64,000 bases of DNA from positions 58,738-122,737 of the IMG/VR virus record IMGVR_UViG_3300028833_000086. The stretch is one strand, 5' to 3'. Below, one piece after another: positions 11,943 through 25,173 of this stretch (position 1 is its first letter; each line of letters opens with the position of its first letter). Made by a program: the position numbers and the translations under genes. This stretch comes from a virus. Lineage: Duplodnaviria; Caudoviricetes. The notes under the pieces are model-generated. The model worked only from the letters and a program-made list of their open reading frames with translations, ran no database searches and was not told the origin of the DNA.

Positions 11943-14900
11943 ATGACTAATCAAGAAGTCCACGACATAATGGAAAACGAATTACGCTGTGTTCAGACGG
12001 CAAGTACAAACTGTTGTGACAGAGACTGCGGTAAATGTCCACTGGTAATGGATACAGATAGGATCATCAAGGCATATGGTATTGTAATTAAGATATTGGA
12101 GGGAAAAGATGAAGGTAATGATTGATATACCTGATCACATTTACGGTATGGTAGTGAATTCAGGTACCTTTGGCTGCTATAGATTTAAAACAACAGCAGC
12201 AATAAAGAAAGGTATAGCATTTTCTGATGATGATACAAACGGAGATGTGTTACACACATTATTTCCTGATGTAGAAATAGAACATTTCACTGAAGAAGGC
12301 TATGATTCTTATGATTTTGGAGATATAGCTACATTTGATTCTGACTGGTGGAACGCACCTTGGTGCGGCTATGAAAAGAAAAAGGAGACGAATAATGAGT
12401 AGATATATAGATGCAACTGAATTAAATGGTTATAAGTTTGGTCTTATATCTCCGTATGCTCAGAAGTTGTTTCATCAGACTATTGATGAAGCACCCACAG
12501 TCAAGGCAATTCCCATATCGGAATTAGAGTATATTATAAACCATATTGAAGAAGACGTGATTCGGTACAAGATGATATGTGCATTGGTGGAGAGGTATAA
12601 GAATGAGTGATTATAGGTGAAATATAATATCTGCGCGTCAAAAAGAATCGAAATTCTATTGACGCAAGATGAAGTTGGAGGTAATCATGAGAATAATTGA
12701 TAAACAGTATGACTACTATGATTATTTGCAGAACTATACAGACACCATAGTATTTGATCGCAGAGGTTCGTGTGTATTAACTAAGGAAAATGTGTGTCAG
12801 GCGTTATTACCTTATGATGACAGAACTGATAAGTATTTACTCTTACTACATTGTGGCGCAACATACTGGCTTATTTTAGCCACAATTACCGAAAAGGGAA
12901 AGGATTATTGGGGGACACGTGTGATGCCCAAGGATTACGACCTCAAGGTTCTGAGTAAGTGGTCAGATTATTCTAAAGAAAGAGAGCTGATTTCTCTTAG
13001 CGTTATCACGGTTCCTATGTGGAAAATATATAGCAACGTATACTCACGCGAAGTGGTCGAAGAAGCTGTTATTAAGTACATGGACGAAATTAAAGAAGCA
13101 ATTCGAGTTAATGATTATAATTGTTCTGTAATACGTAACTCATATTGTAGGGAGTGGGATTATGCTGAACAGAAGTATATCAAGCAGTATCGACCTCCAC
13201 TTCTTAAGGCTTGTGGCATATCTGATATAATTGATCCTATGGAAATTTTCCTCGCCATTGAGGAACACTTCTCGTTGCTTAAGACCGAGGCTGAGCGAAC
13301 GGAACCATTGGGTGCGACCAATGATGACAAAATAATTATGCACGGATTTGACACAAAGACGTCGTTTAGAGGAAAGTAATTTGATCCAATTCACTTACGA
13401 AAGGGAGACCATAATATGTCAAACGCAATCAAAACCTACAACAGCATCATGTGGAGCATCTGCCGCGAGTATAACACAATTGGTACGTCCATGACCGAGG
13501 ATGCGGAAACAAGAAACAAGTGGAATTTGCGCGATCTGGTGTCCGAAATGCAGTACACATTAGACATCTACAATGATCCAGACTGCTGCTACTATGAAGA
13601 AGCACACGATCCTGATGCAAGTTACCACAAGGAGGCGTTAAAGGAATGGAAATCACTTACCGCCCGCATGAAGAGATTTATTAACAAATACAGAGCAGAA
13701 GCAATGACAATGCGATGCACGGAAGGTCACTGTTCAAAATTTGATTAAGGAGACTAAAATGGAAAATAAAACTGTAATAATGTTGTGTCCTACTTTCCGT
13801 AGAGCCGTGTATGAGTGGGAGAGGCTGGCTGAACTGCCTTTGTGGGCGAAGGTAAACAAGCCTCAGCTCACCTTGACCTCGATCTTTGGCAACACATGGA
13901 AGTTTGTGGTCGAGACAGAGGGGCAGCGTGGGCTGCGCGGCTATCATGGAGAAATAATAAGTGTTGATGATTTCGATTGGAATACGGAGGGATAATAATG
14001 GAAAGCAAACTTGACATTGCAAAAAAGATAATAGAGGAGCAGTACGAATATTACCGATGCGGCATCTTTAACAGTCGCAACACAGCGGGCGATCACATGT
14101 GCACTATCTATAACGAAAACGGTTTAGTCATAGATGTGTGCGACGACTGGGAGTACTTTGAAGTGTTTGGACTTACTCAGAAAGAGTTTAATGAGCTGTC
14201 AGATTTCTATGACAAATTAAGGGGGGGAAGAGAAAATGATAGACGCAAAGAAAGCAAGGTTTGAAACAAAGTATAGGGAACGAGTAAACGAGATCCTGAT
14301 TGATTGTGAAAAAGAAATAAAAGCGGCGATCAGTAAGGGAAAATATGAGGCAAATGTAAATATATGGATTGGTAATACTTCTGAAGAAGTATATGCAGAG
14401 GTGTTAAAGCAACTTGAAGACCTTGGGTACAATACTCATCTTGGTGATGAAAGAATAAAAACTAAAGACGCGCCTTGTGATCAGTGTGCCTATTGGGAGA
14501 GTCTAAAAATTAATTGGGTGGATTAATTATACACTATGAGAGGAAGAGAACGATATATGATCTACTTTAGCACACGCGAAAAACTTGTTAAAGAATATTA
14601 TGACTGGTTAAAAGAAAATCCAACTGTTGAAGATTGTGCTTTTAATTTAATATCTTTTTTGGAATCAAAATATTATCTGGATGATCTCTATATAAAAAAG
14701 ACACACCCACCATATAATTATTATCTTGAAACTTTAGATAAGGAGGAAATAATATGTATGCAGAAGTAATTGTTTATGATGATAACGGAATAAAAAAGAA
14801 CGATAAGCCATATCGGATTCCTGCTGAGAAAATATATGAACACACGACTATGGAACCTTATTATGAAATGATTGATTACGAGTTTAAATTTACATGGTGC

Positions 14901-16911
14901 GAGCGCATACCTAAGGATCAAAAAGAAATTGATATCCATAAGATAAAGCGCGAGGCTTATGAAAAAGGATATGAAGAAGGAATGGAAGCTATCGAAAGGT
15001 ATTATGCCGGAGGGAGATATTAAATGAAGATAATTAAGCAAGGTGATCCAAACAAAGCCAATAGCGGCGTAGAATTTGAGTGTGACCGATGCGGCTGTAT
15101 ATTTGTGGCTGATAGAACCGAGTGGGACTACACACCTCAGATAGCCCAGCAAAAGGGCGAAGGAACTTATATGTGCACATGTCCTTGTTGCGGATATAAT
15201 GTGTGGAAATAAATAGGAGGATTAAAAATGAAAGTATACTTAGTACACCATGGCGAGTATAGTGATTATACAGTTGACGCGATATTTGCCGACGAGAATA
15301 TGGCCGATAAGTATTGCGAGCTGCATAATAAGTATGACTACGGTTGGCATACTTATGAATATGAAGAGTGGGATACCATGCAATGCGTTATAAATATGCA
15401 AAAGGAAAGGGATCAGATTGGATATTTGTATTTCTTTGATAAAAAGGGTCACCTCAAAGAAGAAGATCCTAGCCCTAAATTAAAAATTCAGTGGCGCGAA
15501 AACGGAAAGGTTTACGTAGGCAAAAATGGATATAGCGTGACGATATTCGCCAACGACAGAAGCGAAGCTCAATGCCGCAAGATAGCGTGCGATAAGGTGG
15601 CTGCGTTCAGAGCAATGGAGGAATTAATATAATGGGAGAAAAAGAAATGGAAGGTCTCTTATATTTCAGATCCGAAGATGGTAATTCTTATCACACATTG
15701 GGTGTTCTTAAAGAAGAAGATCTTACGCCAGAAATTAATGATAAAATTTGTCATACATTTTATGACGCACGCACATTTTCTGGCTCTTGTACTACTCAAA
15801 TAAATCTTGCCGATATGCACAAGCTGGATGTATTGCTTAGACCTTATGTAATTTGTTGTAATCCTGAAGATGAACAACTTTTTGAGGAATATAAAAAGAA
15901 GGGATTTATTATTTATACTGATGCAGTTATAGAGAAGGGAATGTGTTACATTATCGATAGAAGTAAACTTGAACTGGAGGCTGATGCATGGTACACAATG
16001 TAAAAGAACTGAGGAAGAAGGTAATGTCTAATATATTAAACATTATGGACGTTAGTGTATATCATACTAAACATTATATTTTTTGAGGAGAAACAGAATG
16101 ACATTAGAAAAGTTAAATAAAATATGCGCTGATAATAATATACCGTCTGATGTAACGCTTAGTGGCTGGGATTGCGGTTTGGCAGAAATGAATGGAGTTT
16201 GGTATAATCCTGAAACTAGAGTAATAGTATTTACTCAGCGCTTTCAAGAATTAACATCTTATAATGATTATGAACGAACTACAGGGTATGGAGTTGATCC
16301 TAATTATATTTGTTTGTATTGTGTATAATTTGTAAACCAAAATAGTTTACATTACAAAAAAAAGTAATGTAAGGTAATGTATAAAATAATTTACATTTCA
16401 GCAATGGTCGTTTATGACGAAGAGTAAGGGAGAAATAAATTATGAAATGCGAAGATTATATTGAGATGAATAAATTGCAAGAATTAGTCACAGACATGTC
16501 TAATACATTAGACCATCACAATAAACTTACGTCAGTCGCTTATATAGGTTATAATCCAGTTTATAACACCATAGATTGTGCATCTTATCATCGTGATATA
16601 GTTTATATTCACAAAACAAATTGCCCAAACTGTGGTGGTTTATTAGATGGAGACGAACATAGTCCATACGTTAAGTGCGCATGCTGCGGAGCTAAGATAT
16701 GGTCAGAAAGAGAGGTATCGTGATGGAAGATAAACTCATTGTAACTTATGATAATAATTCAAAGGATATGCCAGCCATTGCAATAGCAAGAAAATGTGAC
16801 AATGATATAACCATGCTACGCATGTATGTTGGTAAAAGAGCAGAGGATCTATATCGCATAATCACTGATCAGAGCGTAAAGTTTAAAATTGTGGAGGATA
16901 AGGAGCGATAA
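11943..16911 (+). other. run of small hypothetical ORFs, several with CxxC zinc-ribbon motifs
   Basis: about 17 closely spaced ORFs, e.g. 12687-13379 (230 aa), and 15024-15212 and 16442-16723 (CxxC...CxxC). Confidence 0.55.
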
Positions 16912-16913
16912 TT

Positions 16914-18098
16914 ATGCTTAAAGGTGTTCGTATTAGGATATATCCTAATAAAACGCAGAAAAAGTTAATATCGAAAACCTTTGGCTGTTGTAGGCTTATT
17001 TACAATAAAGGTCTTGCTTTGCGTAAAGATACCTATGAGTCTACAAAGGAATCTATTGGTTATAAGGAAACCAGCGCTATGCTTACGGCTTTAAAGAAAG
17101 AGGATGATTTCTCTTTTTTAAAGGAAGTAGACTCCGTATCTTTACAACAATCCTTACGGGATTTAGATAAAGCATATAAGAACTTTTTCCGTACAAAGAC
17201 AGGATATCCTAAATTTAAGTCAAAGCATAATCCTTTACGCAATTATCGTACTCAAAATGTAAATAATAGTATTTGTGTTACTTTGGATGGCAAGCATATT
17301 AAGTTGCCTAAATTAGGCTATGTAAAGGCTAAATGCTCATACGACCTCACCTCTGCTAAAATTAATAATGCTACGATAGAACAACTACCAAGTGATAAAT
17401 ATTACTGTGTTCTTAATATCGAAGTAAAAACACCTACGTATACCAATGATGGTTGTATGGTAGGTATTGACCTTGGTATTAAGGATTTCTATACCGATAG
17501 CAATGGTTACAAATGTCCTAACCATAAATGGATTGCTAAATCTATAGCTAAACTCCGTAAAGAGCAACGGAAACTTTCTAAAATGATAGAAAGTCATATT
17601 GTAGAGTATAAAATCATTAAAGGTTATAGACATCCTGTATATGATAAACCGCTATCAGAATGTAAAAATATCCAAAGACAGCGTATCAAGGTAGCAAAAA
17701 TACAAGAACATATTGCTAACCAAAGAAACGACTTCTTACAAAAAGAGTCAACCAAACTTGTGAAAGAAAACCAAATCATAGGTTTAGAAGACTTAAATAT
17801 TAGAGGAATGGTTCGTAATCATAAGTTAGCAAAATCCATTTACGATGTATCGTGGTCAAAGTTTGTATCCATGCTCAAATACAAAGCACCTTTGTATGGT
17901 ACAGAGATCATTAAAGTACCAAGGTTCTATGCAAGTAGCCAACTTTGCAACTGTTGTGGCTATCAAAACAAGGAAACTAAAAATCTTCTTGTTAGAGAAT
18001 GGACTTGTCCAGTCTGTGGTACTTACCACGATAGAGATGAAAATGCTGCTATCAATATTTTAAATAAGGCTTTAGAAATTAGGAATAAGGTTGCCTAA
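16914..18098 (+). CDS. tnpB: TnpB RNA-guided nuclease (IS200/IS605 family)
   Basis: HTH_OrfB N-terminus (RIYPNKTQ..L...FGC.R..YN), RuvC D (GIDLG), E (LEDL), D (HDRDENAA), CxxC..CxxC zinc finger. Confidence 0.92.
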   Translation: MLKGVRIRIYPNKTQKKLISKTFGCCRLIYNKGLALRKDTYESTKESIGYKETSAMLTALKKEDDFSFLKEVDSVSLQQSLRDLDKAYKNFFRTKTGYPKFKSKHNPLRNYRTQNVNNSICVTLDGKHIKLPKLGYVKAKCSYDLTSAKINNATIEQLPSDKYYCVLNIEVKTPTYTNDGCMVGIDLGIKDFYTDSNGYKCPNHKWIAKSIAKLRKEQRKLSKMIESHIVEYKIIKGYRHPVYDKPLSECKNIQRQRIKVAKIQEHIANQRNDFLQKESTKLVKENQIIGLEDLNIRGMVRNHKLAKSIYDVSWSKFVSMLKYKAPLYGTEIIKVPRFYASSQLCNCCGYQNKETKNLLVREWTCPVCGTYHDRDENAAINILNKALEIRNKVA

Positions 18099-18246
18099 TT
18101 TCCCCATAAACTACCGTAGGGACTACGGGAAGTTACGCCTGTGGAGTGTATGTAAGTCGCTTCTACTCCTGTCCGTAGGACAGGCTTCGGAGTGCAACCG
18201 CACAGAGAAGCAGGAATCCTATTAGTTTTAGCTGATGGGTGGTTCA
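18099..18246 (+). ncRNA. TnpB omega/reRNA scaffold and IS right end
   Basis: TACCGTAGGGACTACGGGAAGTTACGCCTGTGGAG...GAAGCAGGAA, terminal hairpin 18218-18239 ending in TTCA; the same architecture is seen at 46496-46639. Confidence 0.75.
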
Positions 18247-18352
18247 AAAATTTCTGCTGTATTTTGGACATTAACTTGACAAAATAACATATAAATGATA
18301 ATATATAAGAGAAGTGAGTCCCACTTCTCTTTATTTATTAGGGGTATAACAA

Positions 18353-18532
18353 ATGAGAAATAGATATGCTGGAACTTGTTATAAATGCGGTTGCCATGTG
18401 CCTGTTGGTTTTGGATTCTTTGAAAGACATCAAGGCGGATGGAGAGTGCAATGTGTAAAGTGCTGCGATGGACGTGACGCCAAGGAGACTGACAAGGAAG
18501 TGTTAAGAGCAAAGAGATTGAGAGGTGAGTGA
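18353..18532 (+). CDS. small zinc-finger protein (59 aa, not in ORF track)
   Basis: MRNRYAGTCYKCG...QCVKCC, translated by eye. Confidence 0.55.
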   Translation: MRNRYAGTCYKCGCHVPVGFGFFERHQGGWRVQCVKCCDGRDAKETDKEVLRAKRLRGE

Positions 18533-19702
18533 ATGAAACTGATAATTGATCTTCCTGAGTTAGACTATGAATGTGCTAAACAGCGATGGATGATGGGATA
18601 TGATGCTCATAAAATAGATTACTACATATCGAAAGGTACATTGCTTGACAGAATGACAAACGGAGAAGTAATGATAACGTTATGCCCGAATCTAAACAAA
18701 GAACAACTAATATGGTTTTTTGGTGAGGATTGGTGGAACGCACCTTATCAGAAAGGCGGTGAAGAATGAACACATACACGATTTATCTTGATGATGAAGA
18801 AGAAACAGAAATAACTGTTAATGCCGATTCCTTTGAAATATCCAAGGATAATGAATACGTCAACTTCAAACATGGTATGCAGATCATCGGCTTTTTCAAG
18901 ATGTGCGAAATTATTGGAGTTGCAAAGGAGTGAGTGAATGAGCGATACAGTAAAACTAATTATAGAGATACCCAAAGACTACTACGAAGCGTTATCAAAA
19001 ACCAAAGAAATAATATCTTCGCAAAGAAGTGGCAAAACTCTTATGAGTGTTATCTATTCTGCCGTAGCCAAAGGCACTCCACTTGATGATGTAAAGGACA
19101 TAATACGAGATAAAAAGGCGGCTGAAACCGATGTAGCCAGAGAATATTATAATCTGGGGCTTGGCGATGCGATAAATATTCTTGACTATGTAGGCAAGGC
19201 AGAAAGTGAAGATAAGGAATGAAACTAATCGTTGAAAAGCAAGGTGAGATCGTCAAAGCAATCAAAGCCGAATATACTCCAGCAGAAGCACTCATAATCA
19301 ATCACGCTATGCGCAGATATGCTTGTGATGAAGAAGTGAACGCAACAGACCGTGAGATTATGGAACAGATGCTTGATGTTAAGCCGATCTTCAGAAATAT
19401 AAGGGCAGAAAGTGAGGACGCTCTTGGCAAGATAAGGGCAGAGATAGAGGAAAAATACGGCGACTATGATATCTGCGAATGGTTTGAAGATTATGACTAC
19501 GAAGAAAATGATATTTCAGAATACAGCCCGATAGGAAAAATAGCTGATATATTGCAGATTATCGACAAGTACAAAGTAGAAAGTGAGGATAGGTGATGCT
19601 TATAAAGTTATATCTTTTCTTTACTTTATTTATTGGAATGACTACATACATATCATTAAAGGCTATTGAGTGGTTCACAAATTAAGAAAGTGAGAATAAG
19701 GA

Positions 19703-20059
19703 ATGGCAGAACAAGATACACCTAAAATGACACATGATGAAATGATTGATACCTTAAAGGGGTTGGTATTTGGTACTTTTGATAGAACGACAGCAAAAGA
19801 ACGTGAAGCCCTTGATATGGCTATATCGGATTTATCCGAGAACAAGGGAGAGTGGATTCCTGTTTCCGAGAGATTGCCCGAAGATGGAAAATACGTTTTA
19901 TTCTGCGACATTGATGATGATATTATGATTGGATATCACGTTAAGGGCAGACCTGTCACGCACTTTTTACAAGACGGGACTTATGAGGATATGAAGAACG
20001 TGAGAGCGTGGCAACCTTTACCCGAACCCTATAAGGCAGAAAGCGAGGTAAGTAAATGA
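19703..20059 (+). CDS. DUF551-domain protein
   Basis: WIPVSERLPE...V.AW.PLPEPY. Confidence 0.8.
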   Translation: MAEQDTPKMTHDEMIDTLKGLVFGTFDRTTAKEREALDMAISDLSENKGEWIPVSERLPEDGKYVLFCDIDDDIMIGYHVKGRPVTHFLQDGTYEDMKNVRAWQPLPEPYKAESEVSK

Positions 20060-20360
20060 AAAATAGATTTGTCATAATTCATTGTCCTTATACAGGAAGA
20101 AATTATATTTACACCAAAACAATCGTTAACGGCAAGATTTGTGTTGACATAGTAAGGATTGATTAGGAGAAAGGTGGTGAGTAAATGACAGTAAAGGAAC
20201 TTAAAGAAGAGTTAAACGATATGCCCGAAGATAATATCGTTCAGATATTTAACCCGTACAAAAATACGTCCTATGAAATCGGGTTTGTTGAAAAAGGGGA
20301 CGAGTGCATAATATCAGAAAAAGGCTATGTGTTTATCAACGTCAGATAAGGAGTGAGTAA

Positions 20361-20633
20361 ATGAGTGATTTAATAGACAGAGAAGCGGTTATAGATGCGA
20401 TAGCAGATACTATTGTGTACGGGGAGAGTCTTGGATATGTACGTGCAGAAGAAATTGTGAGTGAGATTCCGTCTGTAGAGAACAAGGGAGAGTGGATAAG
20501 ATTTAAGAACTTTGAAAATGGTTACTACCATATCAAATGTTCTAAATGCGGTCAGTATTGGAGCATAGACGACCACGCAAAGATTTTCAAATATTGCTTC
20601 AATTGCGGGGCAGATATGAGAGGTGAAACATGA
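20361..20633 (+). CDS. phage zinc-ribbon protein
   Basis: LIDREA N-terminus; GEW...CSKCG...YCFNCGADM. Confidence 0.65.
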   Translation: MSDLIDREAVIDAIADTIVYGESLGYVRAEEIVSEIPSVENKGEWIRFKNFENGYYHIKCSKCGQYWSIDDHAKIFKYCFNCGADMRGET

Positions 20634-23600
20634 GTAGAAAAATAACAATGCCAAAATGCCCGTATTGCGGCAAAGAAAAAGAATATCGAGTAGGCGACTA
20701 TGACACATCAAGGTTAGTATCAATGGCAATAGGTACAGGCAGTAGTGATATCACCATTAGATGTGTGGAATGTGGTAAGGATTATAAAGTCAGTTGTAAC
20801 ATCAAATTTTACGGCAGAAAGAGAGGATAACCCAAGTGATAAAACATAATCTACTTAATATTGGATATCTGAAAGGTAAGAAAGACGGAGAAAGAGAAAT
20901 TCTCATTAAAGTAAGAGACGAGATTATAAGAGCTGGACTTTGTGATGTAGTTAGCATAGGCAGTGATGATCTGCTTGTAGGCGAAATTAATATAAGAGAT
21001 GTAATAAAAATTATTGACAAATATATAGAGGGTGGAATAAATGATGTCAGTTTCGGATCTGTCTGATATGTTAATTGTTTCTTTTGACTAGGAGATATGA
21101 AATTAATGGAAATTAATGACGATATAACTGTAAATGGAAGTATATTATATATGGCTCATGGCAATGATTTTGATATATATAAAATTAAGCTAAAAAGTGG
21201 GGACGTTATTTGGATCAGAGATGTGGACGTTAATACGGTTCGTCCTCATATGCCAATACCAACAGAAGATAGGAGGACAGGATCATGATTAAAGAAATAG
21301 TTATATGTGATCGGTGTGGAAAAGAAGTAAAACAACCAGCTAAAATTTATATGCGTAAAACTAAATACGCTATTATGGGCTGGAGCATATCAGAAGATCG
21401 CATTGAACTTTGTGAGGAATGTGGATGTGAGCTTAAGAGATGGTTAAAAGAAGGAGGCATATATCATGATTAATCCAATAACCAGTTTATTGTCAGTAAT
21501 ACTCAAACCACCCTCAGTTATTACGCCCGATGCTGTGGCATCCGAGATCAAGGTGGATAACGAGCAAGACGCAGTACAGGCAGAGATTGCAGTCAATAAG
21601 ATCCAGCACTATCTGAGCGCTGGCGAGAACATTGATGAATCTACTTGATATTATAATATATGTGTGATATATTATTTTACGCGGGAGGTAATATTATGAA
21701 TAATATTTTTAAAGCAATAGGTTCACTTACATTCAATGCTATGCTGATTTTACTACCAATGGTTACAGTGATGGCAATACAAAACAACAGGCCAGTGGCG
21801 ACAATACTTGTCATAATAACAATAGTGCAGTGGATCCTTAGCAGCATCTTGTGGTACTGCTGGACGGAGGTAATATATGGTGAATAATGCAGGAGGATTT
21901 CCCCTTAATAAAAGTTTGTCGGAAATTGATCAGACTTTTAATTGTGTGTGTAATGCATTAATAGAAAAGCAAACTGACTATAAGGTGCTTAAAAAACAAT
22001 ACGACGAACTGCTCGAAAAATATCTGGATCGAATTGATAAGTCAGAGAAAACGTGTGCTGAGTGTAACATAATTGAGTCTCTATGTGAGGATAATAAGAA
22101 GCTTAGACTTGAGAATTACCAGTTACAAAAAAGAATTTCGGAACTTGAATGTCCATGGAGGAAATAATTATGAATAAACGACAAGCCAAAAAGAAGCGTA
22201 CTTATCTTGAGGATCGTGAGTATATGGAGTTCATGTGTGGTGGTCGTATAGACAATTATACCCAGTTACGCAAGATTACCCGTTTTGTAAAAGGAGAGGT
22301 GTCTTATGGCAAGAACAGAAGAGTTTAATCGTGGAGCTGAATGTATGCTCGCTGCTATCAAATATCTTTATGATAATACCGATGAGGTGAAAGATTTTGA
22401 TCACATAGGTTTTCATATTCCAACCCGCGGCGTTTATTGTTGGTCAGATGCTTTTAAAAAAGTCATAGATGATTATAGTCCAGATGTAATAATATCTACT
22501 GTCACTAATCATATAGAGAAAATGAGTGAGGTTACCATTGGATCTCTTACAGAGGAGGATGTACTCGAACTTCGTGATCGATATGGTGACGAGGTTGAAT
22601 CTGTAGTTAGAGATATGCTGAGTGGTAAGAATAAGCGTTGGGAACGTCGTGGCACGCGTGCCGCAATGGGAGGCTGATATGTTTAAAGGCAGAAATACAG
22701 GATGCACATGTATAGGAATGTTGGATATGATAACGAATATTAGTATGAGGACAACTTGTCTTTCTAATATATCTTATGCCATAGATATCGGTTATTATAA
22801 CGGTAAAAATGTTCGCCTTGAATATGACGATATTGATGCTCGAGATCATGATTATCTTAAACTTTTAGAGGAGATAGAAAATGTTGAGAGAATTAGACTT
22901 GAAACTTATAAAAGCGGAGGAGAATGGGTTTTTCCCACTTAAGCCAGTAAACTTTGCCATTGGTAAAGTGCTTCGTAAATACTACGCACATGAGATCACT
23001 GAGCACTGGTACGATTCTATGGCTCCTGAATGTGAGAGATGCGAAGATTGTCAATGCGAAAAGTGTGAAGTGTGGGAAAGATATAGAGGTAGCGAAGAAC
23101 AATTATCTTATGCGAATTGGATTGATGCATGGGGTGCTGGGATCTGGGGTATGACACAACAAGAAGTTGATGATTTTGCCAAAGAGCTCTTGACAAAACA
23201 CATTACAAAAGATAAGGGGCATAAGGAAAGATTATTCTACAGTACCACCTCTGATCCCAATCAGTTAATTATCTTTTACTATAATCGTGATCGACAGGGT
23301 AGCGACTATTGGTTTATATTTCAGAAGAAAGGAACAAATATAGGTGATAGAAACTAACGTAATGACAACATGGACAAGTGGAACCGAAACAACAATTAAG
23401 ATCGTCGCAGTCTTATTGATTGTTTGCCTAGTAATTGTTCGTAACCTATCAAAATAATGGTAAGATTGATAAAATTTACCATCAAAATGGAGGTATGGTA
23501 TGATAAAAATTGAAGTATATAATGAAGATGCAACCGAATTAATTCGCATGTCTAGTCGTCTTGGAACTACAATAGCGGAAGTGATCAGTGTGTTGCTGGA

Positions 23601-23640
23601 AATTCATGGCGGAGATATAATGAGTGAATATGAAAAAGTT

Positions 23641-23672
23641 AAGGAAGAGAGTTGATCTCTTCCTTTTTTTTT
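23641..23672 (+). terminator. intrinsic terminator closing the accessory region
   Basis: AAGGAAGAGA-gttga-TCTCTTCCTT followed by a long T run. Confidence 0.85.
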
Positions 23673-23954
23673 ATATACACAACTACACAAGAAAGTTTTC
23701 TTAATTTTTTATAAAATCTCTTGACAAAATTCTAAAAGGTACTTGATTTTGATCTTCGTGTGTGATACACTTGGTTATAGATAATAATAAGATAAATGAT
23801 TTAAACAAGTAGTGATAATACATAATAACAAATCATCTATTAAACATTAAATCAATTCAGCAAATAGTAATAATAAAAATGTGATGTTACGCGATAACTA
23901 TATAATAATAAGACTTTTTCATTTTGTTCCGCTAATGCGGAGAGAGGAGCTCAT

Positions 23955-25163
23955 ATGAGAGGAAAAGAGGAGTTGTGTAAGAGGTTAACGACTGAGTTAA
24001 CAAAAAAAATTACCACTAATACGTTCTCATATAAAAAGGAGGTAACAAATATATGTACCAGTCTTAATGACGCGCACGGTATTCCAATTGATGTGGCAAG
24101 AGATATATTTTGTTTAACTAAGGATCTGGTATTTGAATCTGAATTTATAATCTATTGTTTCTGCGATAAGTTGTTGCCACATTTAGTTCCACAATATTAT
24201 GACAAGAAAGAAATTGATGTTTATAAGACAATGAGATATGAATCAACTGGAGTCACCTTCCCAATTCATATTCCAGTTATTCAAGTATCCGATGATCAAT
24301 GGATTGGATCAATTACTGCAAGAAAATTATTGGAGTTAAAAAATGCGGATTTAATTAATTATAATAAAAATGCACAGCGTACAATGAAACATGTTATTAA
24401 AGGCGATGCGGAATATTTCCGAATAGCTCTTAATAAAAATGCTGTCAAAAAGATTAAAGAATTATATTTATCTGGTGTGTATATACCAAACACAATTACT
24501 CTTAATCTACCCGAAGAAGAAACCATTTTTAAGTATGATGAAGATAAAAAAGAAATTGTTATCAAAGAGATTAAAGCCTTTGATATTACAGATGGTTATC
24601 ACCGCTTTGTTGCCATGTGCGACATAATGAACACGGATGATATATTTGATTACCCCATGGAGCTGCGCATTACAAATTTCCCTGATAATAAAGCTTTGCA
24701 GATGATATGGCAAGAAGATCAGAAAACAAAAATGCGCAGAATTGACAGCGACACATATAATCAAACTTTATTTGGTACTAAGGTTGCTGATTTTCTCAAT
24801 ATATCCACTACCTCAAATCTTAACGGTTTGATTTCGCGTAATGGTGGAATAGTAAATGCATCATGGTTATCAGCGTGTATTGATGCTCTTTGGTTTAAAG
24901 ATAAGAACGCTCAAGATAATTGGATTCAAACAAGAAAGGATATACTAAACAGGATAAATGAATTAACTGATGAGAATCCAAAGATTCTTTCTAAACCTTG
25001 GTCGTATATTTATCTTGTCACATTCTTATTTGCCGCACGTGAGATGCGAGATACAGGCTGGATAAATGATAGTGTTGAAAAAATAGAAAAGGATCATAAA
25101 GAATTATTTATTCCTTCACCACGTAAAATAACAGCGCAAATCAAAATATTAAATAAGATTTAA
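23955..25163 (+). CDS. DndB/DGQHR-like ParB-fold protein (SPbeta YopQ-like)
   Basis: YN..AQR, PNTITLN and ITDGYHR motifs; adjacent to a YopR-like gene. Confidence 0.7.
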   Translation: MRGKEELCKRLTTELTKKITTNTFSYKKEVTNICTSLNDAHGIPIDVARDIFCLTKDLVFESEFIIYCFCDKLLPHLVPQYYDKKEIDVYKTMRYESTGVTFPIHIPVIQVSDDQWIGSITARKLLELKNADLINYNKNAQRTMKHVIKGDAEYFRIALNKNAVKKIKELYLSGVYIPNTITLNLPEEETIFKYDEDKKEIVIKEIKAFDITDGYHRFVAMCDIMNTDDIFDYPMELRITNFPDNKALQMIWQEDQKTKMRRIDSDTYNQTLFGTKVADFLNISTTSNLNGLISRNGGIVNASWLSACIDALWFKDKNAQDNWIQTRKDILNRINELTDENPKILSKPWSYIYLVTFLFAAREMRDTGWINDSVEKIEKDHKELFIPSPRKITAQIKILNKI

Positions 25164-25173
25164 CAGAGAGGGG

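Larger units (their letters stand above)
18533..23357 (+). other. mosaic run of small hypothetical ORFs
   Basis: about 18 short coupled ORFs with shared paralogous N- and C-terminal motifs. Confidence 0.55.
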
